A stretch of 64,000 nt of DNA from contig CAWCUS010000006.1 in assembly GCA_963798845.1 (NCBI GenBank), positions 32,001 through 96,000 of the forward strand, in the 5' to 3' direction. Below are positions 9,991-17,509 of the stretch, in pieces (within the stretch, counting starts at the first letter, position 1; every line of letters starts with the position of its first letter). Origin of the DNA: an uncultured Gemmatimonadales bacterium (GTDB taxonomy: Bacteria; Gemmatimonadota; Gemmatimonadetes; Longimicrobiales; RSA9). A program made the translations under genes and the position numbers. Below the pieces are notes generated by a model. That model had not been told where the DNA came from. It was given only the letters and a program-made list of their open reading frames with translations, and did not search any database.

Positions 9991-10139
9991 CGGTCTCGCT
10001 TCGGCTCGGGTGCGCTCGGGTCGGTCCGGCCATGGGAGCGGCCGGGCGGAGAGGGGCTGCGCCGAAAGTGGCGGGTGAGCCCGTGTCCGGTCAACGGGGC
10101 GTCGTCGTCCGGGCGAGACCGCATCGCGGCGGTCCTGCG

Positions 10140-12509
10140 CTAAAGAGTCCTCGCGGTCCGGCGAGGCAGGCGCAGGGTGAACGTGCTGCCTTCGCCGGGC
10201 GTGCTCCCCGCAGTGACATCACCGCCCAGGAGCCGGGCCTGGCGGCGGGCGATGGTGAGCCCGAGACCGGTACCCCCCTTCTCCCGTGTGCTGGACGAGT
10301 CCAGCTGCACGAAAGGCTCGAAGATCTCTTCGAGACGGTCGGGGGGGATGCCCGGGCCGGCGTCCCGCACGCGCACCTCGACCCATGCTTCGTCCCCGCC
10401 GACCTGGACGTCCACATCGCCTCGGGAGTGCTTCTCGGCGTTGCCGATCAGGTTGACCAGGATCTGTCTCACCTTCCCCTCGTCGGTGAACGCCGGGATG
10501 GGCTCCTTTGCACCGTGCAGGTGGATGCCTGCGGGCTCGCCTGAGGCCGGGGCGAACATGCCGAAGGCGTCCCGCACCACGGCCGCGAAGTCCACATCCG
10601 CGAGCCGCATCTGCTCCTTCCCCGCCTCCGAGCGAGAGAACGTGAGGATCTCGTCGATGATGTGGACGAGGTGCCAGGCACTCCGCCGGATCCGGTCGAG
10701 CGCCACCTTCTGCTTCACCGACATCTCCCCGAGCACTTCCGTCTCCAGGAGGTCGGACATGCCGATGACCGCGGTGAGCGGCGTGCGCAGCTCGTGGCTC
10801 ATGGTGGAGAGGAACTGGCTCTTCACCCGGCTCGCCTCCTCCGCCGCGTCTTTCGCCGCCCGCAGTCCCTCTTCCGCTTCCTTCCGCTCCGTCACGTCCG
10901 TGGCCGCCCCGACCCACTCCACCACCTCACCCAGCTCGTCCAGGAGCGGCACCGCGCGCGAGAGCAGCCATGCCGTGCTACCGTCCGCGCGCCGAACGCG
11001 GTGCTCCTGCTCGAACACGCTCTTCGCCTCCATCGCCACGAGGACGGCCGCCGCCACCGCGGCCCGGTCCTCCGGATGGACGAATTCGCTGATCCAGAGC
11101 TCGCCCCGCTCGCCCGGATTCGCCAGCGACGCAGGCCCGCCGAGCGTGCGCACCTCGGTCCAGTCGTGGTTGATCCGGAAGACCACCTCCGAGCTCGCGG
11201 TCACCAGCGCACGGAAGCGTTCCTCACTCCTGCGCAGCGCCTGCTCGGCCGCGAGCCGCTCCGTGACGTCCAGCAGCGCCCCCACCGCCCCCACGATGGC
11301 GCCGCTATCGCCGTAGATCGGGGAGACGTTGTTGAGGTAGTAGCGACGCTCGTCGGTGTCGAACTTCTGGTTGCGGACCAGCTCGTTGCGCGTGTGCTCG
11401 CCGTGGTGCAGCGCCCGCGCCATCGCCCACTCCTCTGCGGTGATCCGCTCGCCCGTTTCCGGCCACCAGCCGACCCATTCGGCGTAGCTCTCCCACGATC
11501 CGGTCTCCGGCGGCACACCCCACAGCTCGCGGGTGGCGGCGTTGTCGCGCACGATCCGCCCCTCGGAGTCCGCGATGACGACGCCGACCGGGAGCGCCTC
11601 CAGGATCACGTCCAGCATCGTCCGCTCCTGTTCGAGCGCTTCCACCGTGTCCCTGAGTGCCGCCTCCGACTTCTTCCGCGCCGTCACGTCTTCCGCCACG
11701 ATGATCGCCCCCAACACCGCCCCGTCCGCTCCGAGGTACGGCGTAGCCGTGACGCGCACCCACCGCTCTCCGCCGTCGCCCAGCGTCCGCAGGAGCTCCA
11801 CGCCCGGCCGGACGGCTTCGCCTCGCAGCGCACGCGCCCCCGGCCATTCCGACGCGTCCAGCGGCCGCCCATCTTCGCTCCAGCCGCGCCAGCGCGGACC
11901 CGCCTCCGGGTCCGTGGCTGCCAGCTTCCCGGGCGCGAGCCTGTCGAGCACGGGGTTCTTGAAGATCCAGTTCCCGTTGGCGTCCACCATCCCCGCGCCC
12001 ACCGGCAGCTGGTCCAGAAATGCCTGGAGACGCTCCTGGCTCCGCCGCCCCGCCTCGTGCGCCGCCCTGCGGGCCGTCGTGTCCTGGAAGTAGACCGACA
12101 GCCCCGACTCCCCCGGGTAGATGCGCACGTCCATCCACATTTGGAGCGTCGGGGAGAAGGTCTCGAACGACACCGGCTCGCGCTGGTCGGCCGCACGCTG
12201 GTGCATTTGGAAGCCTTCCGCCTCATCCGGCTGCGGGAAGAGCTCCCACAAAGAGCGACCCAGCAGATCTTCCCGCTTCTGACCCCAGAGCTCCTCCGTC
12301 CTGCGATTCACGTACGTCAGGCGCCAGTCGTAGTCCACCGCGTAGAACGCGTCCGTGATGCTCTCGAGGATCTCGACGGTGCGCTGATGCGCGGCACGCA
12401 GTTCATCCTCGGCGGACACGTCGCCGGCCACCGATCCTTCGGTGGGGTCCGGCGCACGCACCGCATCCGACCCGGTTCCTTCCCGGTGGTCCTTCCCTGC
12501 CATTGGCAC
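10140..12509 (-). CDS. multi-PAS sensor histidine kinase
   Basis: Four PAS/PAC-like repeats; SHELRTPL H-box; NLIGNA, DAGPGI, GTGLGL boxes. Confidence 0.92.
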   Translation of the reverse strand: [789 protein letters not shown]

Positions 12510-12889
12510 CTGCTCAGAAACAGGGACTCGCTTCCGCTACGCCCGGACGAAGTTCGAAGATACACCGAACCCGGCCGACGATGGAGCCCGGTCCCACCGC
12601 TCCCCCGCAGATCCGCCTTCCATCCGCCGCCGATCGCCGTCCACCCGAGGCGGTTCCACCCGGGCATCGCCGGGTCCCCCGTGGTGGCTCACTCCGCGAC
12701 AGGGTCTGTCCCGGTGCGAGACGATCGGCGGGTTGGCTGCCGTGGCGTCCGGGGACGGAGGTAGCGGCCGAGACGCGCCGCACGCCATGATTCGGGGGTC
12801 TCCCCGGCCCCCCTCGCCGGTGCCGGCCCGGATGCTGCACACCCCCTGTTTCGGTGGCCTCCGCCACCGCGGGACGACCTGTGCCGGAC

Positions 12890-12946
12890 GTTTCAGGGTT
12901 GAAACAGCTTCCTTTGGATGCGCCGGGACTCGATGTATTATCGAGT
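12890..12946 (+). promoter_or_regulatory. two palindromes and a -10-like TATTAT upstream of the L,D-transpeptidase gene
   Basis: GTTTCA-GGGT-TGAAAC (12890-12905) and ACTCGAT-GTATT-ATCGAGT (12928-12946), AT-rich in a GC-rich background. Confidence 0.45.
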
Positions 12947-12983
12947 GGGGGTTGTCCGCAGTTGCCGAGCGTGGAGGCAGTGC

Positions 12984-13793
12984 ATGGCCCGTCCGGGACC
13001 GGTGCCGATCCGAAGCGATGGCCCCGTCCGTCCGCGCCCGATCCCGGGCGAGGCGGTCGCGGGTCGTCGTACGACCGGCAGCGGCCTCCACGGGCTCCTC
13101 GTCTGCCTGGCCGCATGCCTGGCCGCGTGGGCCGTCCCGTCCGCGCCGCTGTCGGGGCAGGCCGTGGCGCCCGCGCCACGGGATGAGGCGGCCGGGCAGC
13201 GGATCGTCGTATCTCTCGACGCCCGTGAGTTGTGGCTCGTGGAGGGCGCGGACACGGTGTTCAGGGCCCCGGTCGCGGTGGGGCGGGACGAGGTTTTCCG
13301 GTTCGCGGGAACGACCGTGGTCTGGAGCACGCCCCGGGGCGAGCGGCGGGTGCTGGCGAAGCGGAGCGATCCAGTGTGGACGGTGCCGGAGTGGCACTAC
13401 TACGAGCGTGCCTCCGAGCAGGGGCTGCGGGTGGTCCGGATGAGGAGGGGCGGCGATTACCCGTTGCCGGACGGCTCCAGCCTCATGGTCCGCGGGGCCA
13501 ATGTGGTGCGCGTGCTGGGCGACCGGTTCTGGAAGGTGCCGCAGGGTAGCGAGATCATCATCGATGGCAAGCTGTACGTTCCTCCGGCTGGCACTGTGCA
13601 GCGGCGCATTCCCGGCGCGCTCGGCACGCGCGCGCTCGACCTGGGCGACGGCTACCTGATCCACGGCACGACGACGTACAACCGATCATCGATCGGCGCG
13701 GAGGCGAGCCACGGCTGCATCCGGATGGGTACGGCGGACATAGAGCGACTGTTCGACCTGGTCGCGGAGGGGACGCCCGTCCTCATCAAGTAG
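12984..13793 (+). CDS. L,D-transpeptidase (YkuD family)
   Basis: Motifs IVVSLDARELW, APVAVG, PVWTVPEW, IHGT…IGAEASHGCIRM; ATG 12984 with GGAGG RBS. Confidence 0.9.
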   Translation: MARPGPVPIRSDGPVRPRPIPGEAVAGRRTTGSGLHGLLVCLAACLAAWAVPSAPLSGQAVAPAPRDEAAGQRIVVSLDARELWLVEGADTVFRAPVAVGRDEVFRFAGTTVVWSTPRGERRVLAKRSDPVWTVPEWHYYERASEQGLRVVRMRRGGDYPLPDGSSLMVRGANVVRVLGDRFWKVPQGSEIIIDGKLYVPPAGTVQRRIPGALGTRALDLGDGYLIHGTTTYNRSSIGAEASHGCIRMGTADIERLFDLVAEGTPVLIK

Positions 13794-13825
13794 GCGAGGC
13801 CGACCGTTGACGAAGGCAGGGGAAC

Positions 13826-14380
13826 ATGACGAAAAAGAAGAAATTGCTGGTGCTTGCGCTGGTCGCGTCGTCGGTGGGCGGGGCGACGGGAGTGCGGTTC
13901 CTGCACGCCCGTCACGGGCGCGGCCTTGCCTTCGGTGAAGAGGCCGAGGCGCTCGCCATGGCCCGACCGCAGCCCGACGGGTGGAGGAGCGTGCGACACG
14001 CCGTCCAGGTGGACACGCCACCCCCCCTTCAGCAGGCGCCCGGCTGGCCGTTCGAGGCGCTCCCGAGCGTCGACAAGTTCACCAGCACCGTGCCGGCGAT
14101 CCATCTCGCCAACTCCCTGACGGATTACTGGCACGAGCCCCTGCTGCGTGACGTGACGCCGTTCACGCAGCTGCTCGCCATGGAAAGCAGCGGACCGTCC
14201 GCGGCGTGGGCACTCCCCCCGCTCGCCGCAGCCGGCGGGCTGGCACTCGGCTCGCGGGAGAGCTCGATCACGCACCCGCCCACGGTCGTCCCGGAGCCTT
14301 CCACGATCCTGCTCCTGGCCACCGGGCTGCTGCTCGTGGCACTGATAGCGGCGCGCAGAAAGCGAACGGAAAGGGGCTGA
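13826..14380 (+). CDS. PEP-CTERM sorting domain protein
   Basis: C-terminus VPEPSTILLLATGLLLVALIAARRKR (VPEP + TM + basic tail); N-terminal basic-hydrophobic signal MTKKKKLLVLALVA. Confidence 0.85.
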   Translation: MTKKKKLLVLALVASSVGGATGVRFLHARHGRGLAFGEEAEALAMARPQPDGWRSVRHAVQVDTPPPLQQAPGWPFEALPSVDKFTSTVPAIHLANSLTDYWHEPLLRDVTPFTQLLAMESSGPSAAWALPPLAAAGGLALGSRESSITHPPTVVPEPSTILLLATGLLLVALIAARRKRTERG

Positions 14381-14422
14381 ACGGCGGCCCGCCCGCGCCG
14401 CGCGTGCAGTGCGGCCGTGAAC

Positions 14423-14455
14423 AGGCGCGCCCGGGCGGGTTGCCCCGGCGCGCCT
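14423..14455. terminator. GC hairpin between convergent genes
   Basis: AGGCGCGCC…GGCGCGCCT stem with an inner GGGC/GCCC extension. Confidence 0.45.
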
Positions 14456-14490
14456 TCGTGCGCTCGGAAGAGCCGGCGCCGCAGTGCGCG

Positions 14491-15120
14491 CTAGGGCGCG
14501 GCGGTGCCGCCCTCGGTCTCGGTCCGGTGCGCGGACAGGGCCAGGGCCGCACCGAGGCTCAACGTCAGTGAGGACACGCTCGTGCTGGATTCCTGCCCGT
14601 CCACGGTCACGCTGAAGGAGTAGCGCCGGTAGCGCGCCGTGGGGCGGATGAACAGCGAGCGGCCCGCGACGGCGATGTCGAGCCCGACGCCGCCCTCGAG
14701 CGTCCTGATCCCCTTCGTGTCCTCGCTCGAGAACGCGCCTCCTGCGATCAGTGGATCGAGGTCGTGCCAGCCGACGCCGAGCCGGACCCACGGCTGCACG
14801 CGCGCGTCTTCACGCATCGGAACCCAGAGCTGCGCTCCAACGCCCACCCCGGAGTCCACCCAGCTGTCGTCCCCGCCGCTGGCCGCGGAGTCGTCCAGCC
14901 CGAACGTGAGCCGCTCGTACGACGCGTAGGCGCCGAGCACGCGGGTGATCCGGACCGAGGCCGACGCATTCACCATCCAGCCGGTGTTGGCGCCGTCGTC
15001 GGCGAAATCGCCCAGCGGGATCGCGACGCCCCCGCCGGCGCCGAGGATCAGCGCAGGCGCTTTCTGAGCGACGGCGGAGTTGGCGACGAGCAACAGCCCG
15101 AGTGCGAGCGCGTAACGCAT
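14491..15120 (-). CDS. outer-membrane beta-barrel protein
   Basis: Signal peptide MRYALALGLLLVANSAVA-Q after GGAGA RBS; alternating beta-strand pattern (PWVRLGVG, LEGGVGLDI). Confidence 0.75.
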   Translation of the reverse strand: MRYALALGLLLVANSAVAQKAPALILGAGGGVAIPLGDFADDGANTGWMVNASASVRITRVLGAYASYERLTFGLDDSAASGGDDSWVDSGVGVGAQLWVPMREDARVQPWVRLGVGWHDLDPLIAGGAFSSEDTKGIRTLEGGVGLDIAVAGRSLFIRPTARYRRYSFSVTVDGQESSTSVSSLTLSLGAALALSAHRTETEGGTAAP

Positions 15121-15261
15121 GGTTTCGTCTCCGGTGGGTCCCGACGCGGAGCGCCGGCCAGGCCGTGTGGCCCGCGCAGGGTCGGGCGCGGCGGCGCAGT
15201 GATGAGTGAACGTTGCACTACTCGGGCCACGACCCGACGCACCGACTCTGTCCATGCTGCG

Positions 15262-15290
15262 ACCCTAGGCGCAGGCAATGGGGCTGTCAA
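15262..15290 (-). promoter_or_regulatory. sigma70-type promoter for the beta-barrel gene
   Basis: Minus strand TTGACA-N17-TAGGGT. Confidence 0.6.
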
Positions 15291-17395
15291 TACGGATTGC
15301 CGGCCGGCTCGCTCTCGAGCGTGAGCACCTGGAACGGCCCGAGCTCGAATGCGTGGGGCCGCCCGGCGCGCACGGGGATCGCCTCTGCCCGTCCGCCCTC
15401 CCGCCACGGACTCGAAAGCGCGTATTCCGCGCCCGCCCCCTCCGGCAGCTCGAACGCGCTCCCCACGTCCAACTCGATGGTCTGCGGCGAGGACGAGGGG
15501 TTTCGCAGCGTGAGGATGCCCCGGCCCGGTGACCAGGCCGCCCAGCCGTACGGCTCGAGCGAACCCGGGTCGCCACCGACCCAGTGGCTGTCCACGAGCG
15601 TCCCCGCGTTCCGGCGAGCCCAGCGCGCCGCCTCGGCGATCGCAGCCCAGTCGCCCGGTCCGAGCAGGGACGGGGTGATGTACATCTCCTGGAGCTGCGT
15701 GCCCGAGCCGAAGTAGGACCGAACCTCGCTCGTGAAGTCGTGGCCGGGGTCGTCGCTCAACCCCTTTGCGTGCCGGGCGAAGATCAGCCCGTGCAGCATG
15801 AGCGCGTTGAGCGGGTAGAGCGGCCCGTTCCGGACCACTCCGGCGAAAGTGGCCGCGTCGCGGTAGGTGATCCACTGTTGCCGGGGGCTCCCGACGCCGG
15901 TGAAGGCATGGTCGTCCCCTCCGCGCCAGGTGGAGTCGGCGTAGCGGAGCCAGAACGGCGAGGGGTAGGTGCCGGTGGTGAGGTTGACGTACAGCTCGGG
16001 CTCGGCCTCCCGAAGCCGCTCGATCAGGTGGATCGCGGCGTCGAAGTCGCTGTCGAAGCGGCTTCCGCGCACGGCATGCCCGGTGTCCCCGGTGCCATCC
16101 AGCTTGAACTGGTTGATCCCGTACTTCTCCACCATGTCCAGGCAGACGCTCTCGAAGCGCGGGTAGTACTTCGGCCCGGAGAGCGCGAGACCGCCCTCGT
16201 TGATCTCGAAGCCCTGGGCGCGGGCGCTGGCCAGCCTCTCCTGGCGCGGGTCGCCGTAGCCGCCCCACGGCGACAGCCACACCCCTGGCGCGGCCCCGTA
16301 CGAAGCCGCCGCCGCGCGCAACCGCGAGAAGCCATTGGGGAAGCCCGGGCTGAAGCGCCAGAGGTCGTGGTGGTCGTCCCAGCCGTCATTGAAGAGGAAC
16401 GAGCTCAGCACCACGCCGCGCCGCTCGTGGAGCTCGCGCCCGAAGGCGTGGATCCGGTCCAGGGCCCCCGCTTCGTCGTACGGGCTGAAATAGCCGAGAT
16501 CGTACCAGGAGTTGTAGTGCAGGAAAGGCCGGTACGGGTGGGCGCGCTCGCGCTCGAGGTAGTCCAGGAACCCTCGCCGCAGCTGGCCCGTGGGCACCAC
16601 GCCGGCCACGGAGGACACGGTGGTCGGCGCTCCCGGCCGAAGGGGGAGCTCGCGGGCCAGCGTGCAGCGGACGCGGGCGGACGCGGCGTCGCCTTCGACA
16701 CGGCTCTCGCTCAAGGGGTGCTCGAAGCCCAGGAACAGGTCTCCGGCGACGACGGGCGATCCCCGCACGCTCCCGCGCACGCTCGCACCCGGAAGGACGA
16801 GGTCCCACAGCACGATCTCCCGAACCGGGACGTCTCCCCGCAGCGCCTCCAGCTCCAGCGACTGCCGCACGTGACCCGCCCCGTCTCGCAGCTCCGCCCG
16901 CCACGTGGCCCGCAGCCGCCCGTCGGGGTCCTCCAGAACGGCCGTGATCCGCCGTCCCGCGCCCCGGCTCGCCAGCCGGGACGCCCGCGGCTCCGGCGCG
17001 AGACGCTCCAGCCGCGGCCCGGACGCGAGCTTCAGCTGGGTCGCTGACAGCGACGAGCCATCGTCCAGGCGGAGGCTGAAAGCGTCCCCGGCGAGCGCCA
17101 CGTCCCGACCGTGCAGCCGGTCCCGCAATCGGACGGGGCGCAGCCGGTCCTCGTCGAAAGCCCAGGCCAGGGAGATGGCGTCGCCGGTGAGAGCGAGCTC
17201 GCGGCCCTGCCGGACGATCCGAGCCCCGCCACCCTCAGCGGCGGGGCTCGCGGACGCGCCCGGCGCACCGGCCAGCCCGAGCACTCCGGCGGGCGCCAGC
17301 GGAAGCAGAGCCAGCCCCGCGGCGCTTTCCGCCGCCCGGCTCAGGAAGTCGCGCCGCGTCAGCGTGTCGCAGCCGGCCCAGCCTCGTGCCGTCAT
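15287..17395 (-). CDS. Tat-exported glycoside hydrolase-like protein, clan GH-D (GH27/GH36-like TIM barrel)
   Basis: Tat motif LTRRDFL; HYNSW, FLFNDGWDD, PGVWLSPWGGY, FKLDG motifs resemble the alpha-galactosidase barrel. From memory, this family is often auto-labelled 'enterotoxin'. Confidence 0.7.
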   Translation of the reverse strand: MTARGWAGCDTLTRRDFLSRAAESAAGLALLPLAPAGVLGLAGAPGASASPAAEGGGARIVRQGRELALTGDAISLAWAFDEDRLRPVRLRDRLHGRDVALAGDAFSLRLDDGSSLSATQLKLASGPRLERLAPEPRASRLASRGAGRRITAVLEDPDGRLRATWRAELRDGAGHVRQSLELEALRGDVPVREIVLWDLVLPGASVRGSVRGSPVVAGDLFLGFEHPLSESRVEGDAASARVRCTLARELPLRPGAPTTVSSVAGVVPTGQLRRGFLDYLERERAHPYRPFLHYNSWYDLGYFSPYDEAGALDRIHAFGRELHERRGVVLSSFLFNDGWDDHHDLWRFSPGFPNGFSRLRAAAASYGAAPGVWLSPWGGYGDPRQERLASARAQGFEINEGGLALSGPKYYPRFESVCLDMVEKYGINQFKLDGTGDTGHAVRGSRFDSDFDAAIHLIERLREAEPELYVNLTTGTYPSPFWLRYADSTWRGGDDHAFTGVGSPRQQWITYRDAATFAGVVRNGPLYPLNALMLHGLIFARHAKGLSDDPGHDFTSEVRSYFGSGTQLQEMYITPSLLGPGDWAAIAEAARWARRNAGTLVDSHWVGGDPGSLEPYGWAAWSPGRGILTLRNPSSSPQTIELDVGSAFELPEGAGAEYALSSPWREGGRAEAIPVRAGRPHAFELGPFQVLTLESEPAGNPY

Positions 17396-17509
17396 GCCCT
17401 CCTCCGGTGCCCGCAGACGCCATCCGGGATGCAGGGGAGAATGGGATCGGCGCTGGGACGCGGCAAGCTGACCGCGGCACAGACGCGAGCCGGCGCCGAA
17501 GGACCCGAC

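Noticed and set aside
15287..17395. Toxin/virulence factor interpretation ('enterotoxin')
   Set aside because: The sequence shows glycoside-hydrolase-type motifs and a Tat signal, with no toxin motif.
17235..17509. Arg/Gly-rich C-terminal tail of the 792-aa ORF
   Set aside because: Out-of-frame read-through after the apparent frameshift; overlaps the start of the next gene.
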